From: Mytilus trossulus
Taxonomy: Eukaryota
NCBI RefSeq assembly: GCF_036588685.1
Contig: NC_086381.1
Location: 25,358,001 to 25,422,000, forward strand
Reading direction: 5' to 3'
Length of the DNA stretch: 64,000 bases
Shown here: one piece after another, positions 26,501 to 38,696 of the stretch
Layout: every line of letters starts with the position of its first letter
Position numbering within the stretch: the first letter of the stretch is position 1
The notes under the pieces: model-generated
What the model was told of the DNA's origin: nothing
What the model saw: only the letters and a program-made list of their open reading frames with translations
The model's database searches: none
Translations under genes and position numbers: made by a program

Positions 26501-29500
26501 TTACTTAGGAATTCACAGTGTTAAAAATTCCAATCAGGATTCAATTTGGATTACGCCAAATGTGCATGGAAAAGAAATTAGAATGGAGCTGGATACAGGT
26601 TCAGCCGTGTCAGTAATTTCTGCTGTGGATTACGACAAGTATTTTCAAAATGAAAAACTTGAAAGTGCAAATGTCACCCTGAAAACGTATACAGGAGAGT
26701 TGTTAATTCCAACTGGATATATGAATGTGCAAGTTAAATATAATGGTCAATGTGAAAATCTTAAATTGTATGTAGTGCAAAAAGGTGGCCCTGCATTGTT
26801 TGGGCGTGATTGGTTAAGGAAAATCAATTTAGATTGGAAAAATCTCAAGTGGATTAATAAAATTTCAGTATCAAGAAATTCAAATGAAAAGCTGGATTTA
26901 TTACTGAAGGAGTATTCAAATGTATTCCGTGAGGGAATAGGGTGTGTTGCAGATATAAAAGCACATCTCACGTTAAAAGAAAATGCTTCACCGAAATTTG
27001 TAAAAGCTAGACCGGTGCCATTTTCAGTCAAACCGCAAGTGGAGCGAGAGCTAATAAGGCTTGAAAAGGAAGGAATAATTTCAAAAGTCGACACAAGTGA
27101 ATGGGCATCACCAATTGTCCCCGTTATGAAATCAAATGGTACAATTCGTATATGTGGAGATTTCAAAACCACCGTGAATCCTATGCTTAATGTGGATCAG
27201 TACCCGCTTCCGCGGACCGATGAGATATTCGCTACTCTCGCAGGAGGACAGAAATACACGAAACTGGATCTCCGTAATGCATATTTACATATGGAGGTAG
27301 ACGATGAGTCAAAACCATTGATGACAATCAATACACACAAAGGACTGTATCGTTATAATAGGATGTTATTCGGAATTGCGTCAGCACCAGCTATATGGCA
27401 AAGAACAATGGACCAGGTATTAAATGGACTTGATAGTGTACAATGCATGTTGGACGACATGATTATAACGGGCCCTGATGACGAAACACACTTACAAAAC
27501 TTGAAAAATGTGTTACAGAGACTTCAGAACTATGGTTTAAGGGCAAACTTGCAGAAATGTTCTTTCCTCAAGGACAAAGTCATATACTGCGGACATGAAA
27601 TTAGTGCAGATGGACTCAGGAAAACTACAGACAAAGTACAAGCTGTAATGGAAACTCCGACTCCGAAAAATGTAAAGGATGTACGTGCATTCTTAGGACT
27701 AATAAACTATTATCACAGATTTATGCCTAATTCAGCAACTGTACTTAAACCATTGAATCAACTGCTAGAAAAAGAGCGAATATGGCGCTGGACAGACGAT
27801 TGTGAAAAGGCCTTCAAAAAGGCAAAGGAGCTTATTACGTCAGACCAAGTGTTAACACACTACAACCCCGAATTACCAGTCCGTTTAGCGTGTGATGCTT
27901 CGCCATTCGGACTTGGAGCAGTGTTATCTCACGTTATGCCAGATGGATCGGAAAGACCAATTTCTTTCGCATCGAGGAGTCTTACAAAATCCGAAAAGAA
28001 CTATGCACAAATCCAAAAGGAGGCGCTTGGAATAGTGTGGGGAGTGAAGAAATTTAACACATTTCTGTACGGTAGGAAATTTTCTTTAATTACTGATCAT
28101 CAACCTTTAACAGCAATTTTTAATCCTGAAAAATCAATTCTCCTGGTATAAACCACCCATCAATGTAGACATAAAACCAATACTTGCACCAAATAAACAA
28201 GTATAATCAATACTTGTACAAAATATCCAAGTATAATCAATACTTGTACCAAATATCCAAGTATAACCAATACTTGTACCAAATATCCAAGTATATATAT
28301 GTACACACTCTGCATATAAACGCCATAAAAGGCTATAATAAATACCAAATACTTTGTAAAGTGGATAGTCGCACGACAACGCCGATGCTCTATATTTAAT
28401 GATAAATAATCTCAATACATACATATATATCTACACATATAATATATAACTCAAACATCAGTATCGACACAAAAAACTCTCCAAATAAAAAGCTTCATAA
28501 ACTTTAACCAGAATTAAAATTTACCAAGAAAATTCGACTGCTCAGATTGACGATGTCGTGCTGAATGATAACATAGGCAATAAAATACCGCGAAAATAAT
28601 TTTGAAGCGGGAAAACATTACGCCCTCTATGCTACATATGATGAAACACCCAGGAGAAATTAATTTCACTCTAATGCACTGCCCGTTTAAACGAATGAAA
28701 TTATAATTCTCCTGGTATAAACCACCCATCAATGTAGACATAAAACCAATACTTGCACCAAATAAACAAGTATAATCAATACTTGTACAAAATATCCAAG
28801 TATAATCAATACTTGTACCAAATATCCAAGTATAACCAATACTTGTACCAAATATCCAAGTATATATATGTACACACTCTGCATATAAACGCCATAAAAG
28901 GCTATAATAAATACCAAATACTTTGTAAAGTGGATAGTCGCACGACAACGCCGATGCTGAACCCAAAGAACGGGAAGCTATTTAGTACTATGTATGCAAA
29001 ATTATATAGTCCAAATGTAAATAAAACAAAAAAGATATTAATTTCCCAAATTCTGAGAAACAATCCTACATTTTGATAAATCTTCTTTCACATAGCCATC
29101 CTTTGAAGTTTCCGACTTCCAACGTCCATGACGTTTAAAAAGTCTATCTGAAAAACCAAACCTTGCAGCGGTAATAGCACCACAAGATCGTAAACTATAT
29201 AATCCGTATGCTTTTATATCGGTAACAAATGGAGAAAATTGCAAAGTAAATTCCCTCATCCTTGTATAGTTTAAAGGCTAATTTGTTGAACGAAAAACAA
29301 AAAGTTCTTTCACTTGTGACAATTTCTGAATGAATACAAATTTTAATCAGATTAAATGCTACTCTATGCATATATAATTCCAAATTAGGACTGGACGCAA
29401 ATTTGTGCGTTTTTCACAATAATAAACCAGTTTCCATCTCTGTAAATATCCGTTCTTCCGATACAAATTGAAATGTGTATTGACTTGCAATTAATTGCAT

Positions 29501-32500
29501 AATAACGCAGATTCAACAATTCTGATACACTAAAAACATATATTTCCCAATAAACACGCACCAATGGTACGTTGTGTAAAAACGATTATATACACAAAAT
29601 AACTTATTATACGCATCCTGTAATAACTCATCGGCTCTTCCTTCCAGATTTGTGGGCCTAATTTCTTTTCAACATCCTCAAAAACATATTTCACTAATTG
29701 AGAATCTGTTGTAGAATCTACACCAGTAATCGAGTGCACCCCTCTATACTATAGTATGCAGATACATACAGGACTAGACAAAGCAATATCGTTTCTGAAC
29801 ACCTGGAAAAAACATATGAAATAACATAAATTTAAATTGATATGTGGTTCCTTCCAAGTTTTCAAATAGTTCATCAATACAATACATTATACACCAATAA
29901 AATGAAAAATTACAATAAAGCATATGCAATAAAAATTACCCCAATACATGAAAACTATCACCAAGTTAATACTAGTTAATTTAAGTCACCCTAAACTCCA
30001 TTCTAATAGCCAACACCGTAAATGGTAAATCCATATACCAAAAGCCGATTTATTCCCTCTACCAAATAAAAAATTAGCTTTGTTAGTAGGTAATGTAAAC
30101 CCAACACCTGATCAATAAATATATCTCCTTTGGGACATAAAAACGGCCAGTAAAACGCCGATCTCCACAAAGGTAAAATAAAAGTTCTATATGCCTTGTA
30201 CATGTATACATAAGGACTTTCAATAATAGGCAAACTGGGGGAACATACCACCCATTTATACCTTCTGATCAATTAATCTATCTTCTTTGGGACATAAAAA
30301 CGGCCAGTAAAACGCCGATCTCCACAAAGGTAAAATAATAGTTCTATATGCCTTGTACATGTATACATAAGGACTTTCAATAATAGGCAAACTGGGTGAG
30401 CATACCACCCATTTATACCTTTTGATAAATTATTCTATCTCCTTTGATATATAAAAACGGCTAATAATACGCCGATCTCCTCAAATGGTAAAATAATAGT
30501 AAAATATGCCTTCCACTGCTGCATGTATACATAAGGACTTTCAATAATAGGCAAACTGTGGGAACATACCACCCATTTAATAACCTTGCCAATAGATAGT
30601 GAACGCATCAATAAACATGAATGTACATTCCAATACCTGTAGTAAAATACAGGTAATCGATGGTTATGATCACTAACAAACCAATTAATTTCATGAGGAC
30701 CCAAACAGGGAATCCAAATATTCAAAATTATGTACTGCAAAACGGCAGTCATCAGTATTTATGATACGACTTATATAGTCTGCAATTTTATCTATGCCCT
30801 AGGTATCCATTCAACCTCTAAGAACAAGACTTAATTGTGCTTCTAACAAGTCACAAAAATGACATACGCAATATCTGCAAATAAGGCTTCATACTGCCCT
30901 TATATAAACAATAACAAAAAGTTTTGGTTATCCGTAAACCATCAATGCGTTTATCTCTCATAAAATCCGTCCAAGAAGCCATCTATATTTAACAGCCGTA
31001 AGTTCTTCCAAATAGAACTATGGTATACATCGTATTCATGACACATACCTTGAGCAATAATCTTACTGAACTGAAAGTCCAATATTAGATTCATATAGGC
31101 TGATATAACATCAAAACTAATGATTCAATCATAGTATAGCCACATTCCTATGACATATATACGAAATGGATATAATTTGACCAACGGAAGCTACAGTTCT
31201 CCCATTAAATTAACCTCAATATTCTGAAGATAGTTTAACTTGTTTTATGGTATCAAACAGTTATGAGTCTCTCAACCGGTTATGCTTATGATAACTTTGT
31301 CTGTATCAATGAAATACTTTAGTAACCAAATATGTCAATGTATAACTGGGAGACCATGTGGATACAACCACTTTGATCAATAAGTTCTTGTCTAACTCAG
31401 GTGGCAAACTCTGTACACACGTTTATATCAGAATCGGTGACAAATCCATAAATCTATATACATAAAATTTAAATTTCTTATCATTCACATCAATTTAATT
31501 AGTGGTCACGTAACTTCAGTAAATATATATTAAGCAAAACTTCATCCCAAAAAGGAGAACGAGAATACAAATATATATGAACTTCCATCCAAGGATTAGT
31601 AGTCTTAACTATTATACCTCGTCATATGTTCAGTAAAAACCAAGATGATCAGAATGCAGATCGTATATATGCCTATCTGGCGATAAGCTGAATGTTAAAC
31701 GTAAAACAATAAAAATATGTTTAATTAGATTGCATATCTACCAAGATATCTTCAAATTTCACAAAGGTGTTTTCCATAGATGTAAATGACATGACCTACA
31801 ATATATATCTAAAATTAAAACTTTAATTACCATTGCTTAGAACAGAGGTAGCAAGTGGTGGCAAGTGAATAAGCAAACCAATGGTTTACATCAGTACATC
31901 CAATAATAAGTCCTCTAAACAAAAAGATCTTCAATAGTTTATAAAACAAGATCACTGTATGTAATAGCAGAATAATGTTTTGTAAACAAACGGACAGCCG
32001 TGTAGTACAATTTAATAAAAGAGTATTTATAAGCGTGTAAAATGGTATCGGTATTTAAATTGTCGGTAATGAAATCATGAAAACCAATGTTATATCAAAA
32101 ATCAATATATCTCTATAATCTATCTCTGACGATAATTTTAGACTGACCTTGTTCATATTCAATGTAGTCGTGTGTGAGAAAAGTGTGCACTCGATTGACT
32201 ACTAATATAAATATTTAAATACTCATCTTATATAAATAATTCCTGATTTGGACCATAGACTGCTTTCGAGTTGAATAGGCATCTATTCCTCAAATATTGG
32301 TTATCCACAACCATAGCAGGCTCCTTCCTGAAACTTTAAGACTGACTTCCTCTCATGCTGGACATGTTGCAATATAACGGGAAAACGGCATATACAACCG
32401 GGATGAGGTTCTCGAAAGGGCTGCTGTTGAAACTTTAATTGTTGTTTACTAGTGTTGAAAATGTCCTGTTGTGAAAAACCATGCAGGAGATTCCTCAAGT

Positions 32501-35500
32501 AAAAGAGAATCTGGGTTCATTGTCAAATTCAAGATAGGCAGCGTACCAAGAAAATTCGACTGCTCAGATTGACGATGTCGTGCTGAATGATAACATAGGC
32601 AATAAAATACCGCGAAAATAATTTTGAAGCGGGAAAACATTACGCCCTCTATGCTACATATGATGAAACACCCAGGAGAAATTAATTTCACTCTAATGCA
32701 CTGCCCGTTTAAACGAATGAAATTATAATTCCTGTAACTACCGCCGCTAGGTTACAGCGTTATGCTATTTTTCTCTCTGGATTTACATACAACATCGAAT
32801 ACAAAAATACAAAGAAACACAATAATGCAGACGCATTATCGCGACTACCGATGCAAAGTGACATGAACATTAACAGTGAAGACGCAGATGATCTTTTTCA
32901 CGTGTTACAAATTGAGGACCTTCCAATTACGAGCGCCGAAATTCAACGTGAAACTCGAAAAGAAAAGGTATTAGCATCAGTTTTGTACCAAGCAATGAAT
33001 GGATGGGAAATAACGGACGATTCGTTAATAAAACCTTATTTCACTCGCAGAAATGAATTAACTGTTAGTCATGGTTGCCTTCTGTGGGGAATAAGAGTCA
33101 TAATTCCGATTAAATTCAGGAATCGAATTCTAGAATTACTTCATAGTAGTCACCCGGGAATGGTGAAAATGAAGGCGTTGGCCAGAGGGCATGTCTGGTG
33201 GCCCGGTATAGACAGTGACATTGAACATTTAGTCAAAAGCTGCACTGGATGCCAGATAAATCAGCACGCACCAGCACTAACACCGTTACACCCATGGGAA
33301 TGGCCCGAGACACCATGGCAACGAGTCCATATAGACTACGCAGGACCGTTTATAAACAGAATGTTTTTTGTTATGGTGGACGCGCATAGCAAGTGGCCTG
33401 AGGTTTTCGAAATGAAATCGATTACAGCAACAAAAACAATTGACATTATGAGACAAGTATTTGCTAGAAATGGAGTACCTGCTCATATTGTATCGGATAA
33501 TGGACCAAGTTTTGCATCCGCAGAATTCGCAGAATTCTTGAGACAAAATGGAATAAAACACACGAAGTCAGCACCCTATCATCCAGCAACAAATGGACTT
33601 ATTGAGAGATTTATTCAAACATTTAAACAGTCAATGAAAGCAATGAAATGGGAATCTGGTGATGTAAACAAAAAGATCGCAAACTTCTTGCTGACGTATC
33701 GCCAGACACCACACACTAGCACCCACGAAACACCATCAAAACTGTTTCTAGGAAGGGACTTAAGATCTAGACTTCATTTGTTAAAACCAAACTTACGAAA
33801 CACCGTTAGAGTGAGCCAGGAAAAATCTTGCGAAATAAGAATGAATAAGAAGGATAGACAATTTGAAGTAGGCGAAAGAGTTATTGCAAAGGACTATAGA
33901 GGAAAAGATCCGTGGGTAGCAGGAATTATAAGCGAGCGTGAAGGACCACTCATGTATAAAGTTTCAACCGACAACGGACACACATGGAGAAGGCATACAG
34001 AACAATTAAAGTCTACTCAAATGCCAAAATCGTATGAACAATCAATCGAAAACGATAACATTATAGTTGACAATACGGAGACACGCACACAACAACATGT
34101 GGCCGAAAAATCACCGGAACAAACCAAAAACAATGAAATGTCAATGCCGCGACGAAATCCAATAAGAGAACGAAATCCACCAAAAAGATTAATTGCCGAA
34201 ATGGAATAGTCAGTGTGCATAAATAGGACTTTTATGGTTACACATTATGAGGCATAATAACCCTCGTGTAATCATAATCAGACCAGGGTCTGATCTTGCA
34301 TGATATTGAGAAAATATTGTAAACTGCATGACCTATCTTTCTATCTATACTCTTTATATTTGTTTTCAATTTGCTAGGTCAATTTTCATTCATAATTCTT
34401 ATCACGCGAACACGTGATCACACGTTTGGAATTAGCAGGGAGGAACTATAGTGTTTTGACATTTTATGTGACTGTTTATTTTATCTTCTATTATAAATCA
34501 CCGGATTATAAATACTACGCAGTTTTTAACCTACAGCAGAGAATCTGACATTGTAAACAATAAGGCAATTAAATATCATTTGGTTTCTATCTTTCATACT
34601 TTTCTATGTATGTATCTATGAAATAGTTCAGTTTAATAAAATGTAGTTATAGAAGCAGTCACGTTTATTTAGTATAGTTGTGTTATATATATAAGAACCC
34701 AAATGCAGTTATAAATACACAACAAAGGAATTAATAGCAAATACACAACACTTGTATAGATAATTATAAATGCAAACATGCAATACAAATTAAAAAAAAA
34801 TAAAAAATATAGGAAGACCAATTTAAATTTCCTTCATCTTTAATTAATATCGTTGCAGTGGTAACATCAGAAAACTGGACACATTGTGTAAAATCATCTC
34901 TATGTTATCATCTTTACTGTTAAGAAATGCATTTAGTATTTGTTTTAAACATCTGTTTGTTATTATCTGCCCCTTTAATGCCTTTATCAGACTTAGATGA
35001 CATATTTACAGTTCAATTTTATAATAGAGAGAGATGATATGATATTCTCTCTGAAGGGCTGTAACTGTGAAAAGTTTAAAAAAAAAGTATGAAATTGTTT
35101 ATTGTGTAAAACATAGCTAAATATAAGGTAAAAGTCAGAGAAATCCCTTTCCCGCCATTTTTTAAACATCAAATATCTCGAAAAGGAGTTCCATAACCCC
35201 TATCACTATTTTCAGCTTATTTTGTTCTTTACTAATGTTCTAATGATTTATTGTATCAATTTTAAATTGTAGATTTTCTTTAAAAAAAAAATTATCAAAG
35301 CACAATTCATTTTCTATTCATTACTATCTTCACAAGCAGAGTATGTTAAAGGTTTCTTTTATTTATATTATACATTTGATCTTACTTTCACAGGTTTTTG
35401 CTACAGAAGCTAGCCATGTATTACTAGGGAAAGATGCAGCTGTAAAATGTGAAGTGAGTGAGTTTTTTATCCACAAACTTAATTTAATCAATGTGAATTA

Positions 35501-35501
35501 A
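23548..35501 (+). CDS. BEN-domain gene 1, multi-exon; last intron holds the Gypsy element
   Basis: Exons 23548-23661 and 23969-24082 (duplicated 38-aa phase-0 exons ending LFQDS/LFQDL), 24379-24406 and 24686-24883 (APALARELLKKMVPEEELFQASFSGKNKDGNKLDDVQMEMIK, BEN core) have compatible phases. The probable last exon 35394-35501 needs one T removed from a T run. Confidence 0.65.
25321..25598 (+). repeat. 5' LTR (278 bp)
   Basis: Matches 34447-34724 except two C/T differences; termini TATAGT...CAACA. Confidence 0.97.
25602..25619 (+). promoter_or_regulatory. Primer-binding site, tRNA-Ser(GCU)
   Basis: TGGCGACGAGGATGGGAT is the reverse complement of the metazoan tRNA-Ser(GCU) 3' end (ATCCCATCCTCGTCG-CCA), 3 nt after the LTR. 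Confidence 0.85.
25691..26290 (+). CDS. gag: Gypsy Gag N-terminal part; continues into the zinc knuckles after a +1 shift
   Basis: IEPFD...WSSYVERLEQYF...AERFRFYKR.Q...LRDQFVVGL. The +1 frame near 26262 gives CYRCNGKNHKADTC and CHSCNKKGHIRKAC. Confidence 0.9.
   Translation: MAGYIGKIEPFDDSTETWSSYVERLEQYFAVNALENEKKVPALLTLLGGKTYGLLRNLTLPDKPATKSYDDIVKLLKDHLSPKPLIVAERFRFYKRYQIQGETVNKYVAELRKFAEYCEFGNLNESLRDQFVVGLKDEQTQKKLLTVPDLTFVKAIGIAIAVETANKDAIELRGKFHTESSVNRIQRQQRIKTATKKNR
26364..28139 (+). CDS. pol: Gypsy Pol: zinc knuckle, aspartic protease, reverse transcriptase, RNase H (interrupted)
   Basis: MELDTGSAVS (protease); WASPIV, RICGDFK, KLDLRNAY, MLFGIASAP, MLDD (RT); CDASPFGLGAVL, EALGIVWG, TDHQPL (RNase H). 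Confidence 0.95.
28181..28295. repeat. 30-bp minisatellite (~4 units) in terminal repeat B; duplicated at ~28750-28864
   Basis: aatacttgtaccaaatatccaagtataa(t/c)c repeated. Confidence 0.85.
29038..29760 (-). pseudogene. Tyrosine recombinase relic of the DIRS-order element
   Basis: GLYSLRSCG.TAAR.G.SDRLFKRHGRWKSETSKDGYV (the HxLR...HGRW...Y catalytic region, with H changed to Y); upstream frameshifted remnants. Confidence 0.85.
30003..30752 (-). pseudogene. Relic of the DIRS RNase H-adjacent methyltransferase-like region, with a ~170-bp segment triplicated
   Basis: GPHEINWFVSDHNHRLPVF..RYWN and ILPLWRSAFYWPFL; three copies of ataaaaacggccagtaaaacgccgatctcc at ~30137, 30294, 30451. Confidence 0.55.
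32731..34209 (+). CDS. pol: Gypsy Pol continuation: RNase H end and integrase
   Basis: NADALSRLP; HHCC motif LHSSHPG...CTGC; DDE core RVHIDYAGP, SDNGPSF, NGLIERF. Confidence 0.95.
   Translation, partial: PVTTAARLQRYAIFLSGFTYNIEYKNTKKHNNADALSRLPMQSDMNINSEDADDLFHVLQIEDLPITSAEIQRETRKEKVLASVLYQAMNGWEITDDSLIKPYFTRRNELTVSHGCLLWGIRVIIPIKFRNRILELLHSSHPGMVKMKALARGHVWWPGIDSDIEHLVKSCTGCQINQHAPALTPLHPWEWPETPWQRVHIDYAGPFINRMFFVMVDAHSKWPEVFEMKSITATKTIDIMRQVFARNGVPAHIVSDNGPSFASAEFAEFLRQNGIKHTKSAPYHPATNGLIERFIQTFKQSMKAMKWESGDVNKKIANFLLTYRQTPHTSTHETPSKLFLGRDLRSRLHLLKPNLRNTVRVSQEKSCEIRMNKKDRQFEVGERVIAKDYRGKDPWVAGIISEREGPLMYKVSTDNGHTWRRHTEQLKSTQMPKSYEQSIENDNIIVDNTETRTQQHVAEKSPEQTKNNEMSMPRRNPIRERNPPKRLIAEME
34447..34724 (+). 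repeat. 3' LTR (278 bp)
   Basis: Preceded by the purine tract agcagggaggaac and followed by the AAGGA TSD. Confidence 0.97.
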
Positions 35502-36588
35502 ACTGGTCAAATTATGTCAATTTCACTAGCTAGACTCATAATTACATATACCCACTCTTTTATCAAAAGAGAGCTTTTAATTTTGGTAAACTGAGCACAC
35601 ATTCTTGGTAACTTTTGTCCAAGATATTTTACTAGACAGTCTTATGTTGTAACTTGTTCAATCAGAACTTATATGTGCATTCACCTTTAATTGTGTCTAC
35701 TGTGTAACATAAAAAAAAATATCAATTAAAATAAATTAGCTTAATTGCTATTGTTTAATCTTTATTGACTTCATTGCCATTTGGCACCTTTATAATATTC
35801 TAGATAATGTAATCGAACTTCAAACCTTTCTTAAGTTTTATCATACTATAGTATCACAACATTATAATAATTATATGAAATTAAACAGACCTAAAAATGT
35901 AAAAAGAAAATCTTCAAATTTTTGTTACCTTTATAAACAGATATGAAATAAACAGATATGAAATTTATGCATATTAAATTACAAAAACAAAATACTCTTT
36001 CATGCTTTTTTTATCAAATTTTACTACTTTCCAGGATAAGGTTTTGTCATTTGCTAATGATAATGAGAAATTATTAAATCTTTTATGTGTAAAATTATGT
36101 GTATTTTTGCACAAATACAATGCCATTCATAGGATGCAGAAATTATCACTGTAGCACCTGTGTTATGTTATCTTTACTGAACAACATTACAATCCTTATT
36201 TAAAAATGATTGTTGACATCCATTTAAAGTTTTATGTTGTTTTTATCTCAACAGTAGTTGTGTGTAAACATTTTCAATTTTCAATTTGAGGGCTGTGTAA
36301 CAGTTTTGCAACTAATATTGTCATCTAGAAATATGGCATCTCACTTTGTCTCTGCTACTTTAATAAATACACAAAACTACAGTGTTCTTCTGCCTATCAT
36401 AGATGTTTTTTCTTTTAAAGATTGATATTTGGGCTTTTAAAATTCATTCCATATTCCCTGCAGTGGAAAGGTGACAAAATTATTAAATAACAGCTGAGCC
36501 TGAGTGATTCACTGATAAAGAGATGAATTAATTTAATGAATTACTAAGTGTGTTTAGATAAATTACACAAACAAATATAATTTCAGAA

Positions 36589-38059
36589 ATGGAAGGTAGA
36601 TTGCCCAAGACAAACCACCTGTGTCATCTATATGATGATTTGGCAGTCAAATATAGAGTTAGAAATACCAATATGCCTGAAGAAAAAGAAGGTGGAAAAG
36701 ATGCTACAAAAAGGTATTGTTAATTTCAAGAACTAATTAAATTGAAAAGGGATGGGTTATTTACCTTAAGCAAGTTTTTTAATTATTTAATTATTTGTTA
36801 ATATTTAATTTAATTTTAATTAATAAATCAAGATTTATTCTATTCAGTTGCGATCAAGAACTATTTATAAAAAAGGAAGAAAGGGTATGGTTGAAGCATG
36901 AACACAATGCTATATATTAGATAGACATTGGGATATTGACTGGTCTTTAATAATTTAATTGAACATGCATTACACAGGTAAATAAATTTTGGTCTTTCAT
37001 TTATTGAGATAGTCAATGAAACAAGTTTTACTTATTTTATTGAATAATTACAATATTAAACTGTGCAAGGCCTTCACCGATAGTCAGGGACTTCAACATT
37101 CCCATCTTTGTCTAATCAATTTATACAATGTTTAAGTTAAAGGGCCTATTTACCGTACATAGAGTCAATGAGAGAAAGATGATTAAATCTTTGACATACA
37201 CATCTTTTACATTTATACAGTTAATTTCATCTTTTAAATCTACACAGTTAACTTCATCTCATAAACATTTGACATGTGTAAACAATATTTAGAAATAGCA
37301 ACTAAATCTGATCTGATATGTAGATTTCATATATCTTGCATTATTAATATCATTCTTAGTTATATTGCTGCATACCATGATTTTATTGACATTTTTTTTA
37401 ACAAGCTCTTGAAAAAGTTTTATCCATGGGGTTGGCACAGTTTAGTGAAAAAAAATAAATAATAAAAATTGTTGCTTTCTCATCTGAAACCCCACTTTTT
37501 TGTTGTTTGATGAAATTTTTTTAAATTTGGCATAATTAATATTTTGTACAAAAGTCATTTTTCTTTTCCATAATTGTTCAGTATTTGTATATTGTAGCAT
37601 TGGAAAAAGATCTCTTGATACAGACTCAGAGATTAAAGAACTGAAAGATCAAGTAAAGAGATTAAAGAGACGGGTAGAAAAACTAGAAGAAAAGCGTCCT
37701 TCTTCGAGTAAAGCAGGAAATGACACAACAAATTGTTCTGAAATGTCCGATCCAATTAAGTACAATGGATTTACATTAAACGAGCTAAAACTAAGCATAG
37801 AACATGTGGAATCATGTCAACCCGCCATTGATATTTTATTGAGGAAGATGTTTACCTCGGAAGAAATAACATCACAATCTGTTACAGGAAAAAAACTTCT
37901 AAATGTTCATTTGCTGGTCCAAGGCCACCAATGGACCAAACAAAACTTCATGTTATGAGTGACATCTTGGGGGCTAAGTTTCAAGAAAAATTCTCGAGAA
38001 AACTAATGGTGGAAAAAAATCAGAACGTACAAAAGGTGTTGAGAAAAAAAAATTGTTAA
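36589..38059 (+). pseudogene. BEN-domain gene 2 (coiled coil plus BEN), two exons, one frameshift
   Basis: Exon 36589-36713 joins exon 37598-38059 in phase 2: EIKELKDQVKRLKRRVEKLEE (coiled coil), AIDILLRKMFTSEEITSQSVTGKK, a shift in the A run at ~37890, then GPRPPMDQTKLHVMSDIL...MVEKNQNVQKVLRKK. Confidence 0.7.
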
Positions 38060-38214
38060 GAAAGTTGACTTTCAGTTCATTAAAACTGTAATTGAATTGA
38101 GATTTTGTTGCATCTTATCCTTCCTGCCATGAAAATGCAGAGATAAAGGTTAAAATACAGTGTTTTCAGCTTGTCCTGGAGGATATTCCATCCATTTAAA
38201 ACACCCATTTTTCT

Positions 38215-38696
38215 CCCTCTCAGACAGTTATGTATAATTCATGAATAGTCATGAACATTTCATGAACTGTTCATGAACAGATTTCATGAATGGTTCATCA
38301 TATCTTCATGAACATTTGATGAACAATTCATGAACTGAAAATCGACAGTAATGTTCATGAACTTTAATGTTCATGAACAATTCATGAACAAGAAAGGTTC
38401 ATGAACATTTAAGTGTTCATGAACTTCAATGTTCATGAACAATTTATGAACAATTCATGAACAAGAAAGGGTTCATGATCATTGTTGTTCATGAACATTT
38501 AAATGCTCATGAACCTTTCTTGTTCATGAATTGTTCATGAACATTAAAGTTCATGAACATTACTGTCGATTTTCAGTTCATGAATTGCTCATCAAATGTT
38601 CATGAAGATATGATGAATTGTTCATGAAATCTGTTCATGAACAGTTCATGAAATGTTCATGCATATTCATGAATTATTCATTATCATCTCACAGGG
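38215..38696. mobile_element. Fold-back element with CCC...GGG termini built from GTTCATGAAC palindromes (CMC/EnSpm-like, non-autonomous)
   Basis: The left ~210 bp is the reverse complement of the right ~210 bp. Ends ccctctcagacagttatgtataattcatgaat and (reverse complement) ccctgtgagatgataatgaataattcatgaat align without gaps. Confidence 0.75.

Larger units (their letters stand above)
28136..32730 (-). mobile_element. Tyrosine-recombinase retrotransposon (DIRS order, Ngaro/PAT-type split direct repeats), coding region decayed
   Basis: On the minus strand: A1 (32730-32544), ORF relics, B1 (28958-28705), A2 (28708-28522), spacer, B2 (28389-28136). Removing it restores pol ...PEKSI|PVTTAARLQRY. 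Confidence 0.92.
25321..34724 (+). mobile_element. Full-length Ty3/Gypsy LTR retrotransposon (Mag/K02A2.6-like)
   Basis: Two LTRs, AAGGA TSD (25316-25320 and 34725-34729), PBS, polypurine tract 34432-34446, gag-PR-RT-RH-INT order. Confidence 0.97.

Noticed and set aside
28134-29076. Duplicated ORFs with YTWIFGTSI / KYNQYLY repeats as real genes
   Set aside because: They are translations of the 30-bp minisatellite in the retroelement's terminal repeats.
25981-34220. Antisense ORFs overlapping gag/pol
   Set aside because: Shadow frames of the retroelement coding strand with no motifs of their own.
38618-38696. True N-terminus of the hAT transposase
   Set aside because: These codons come from the GTTCATGAAC fold-back arm; hAT similarity starts at ~38697.
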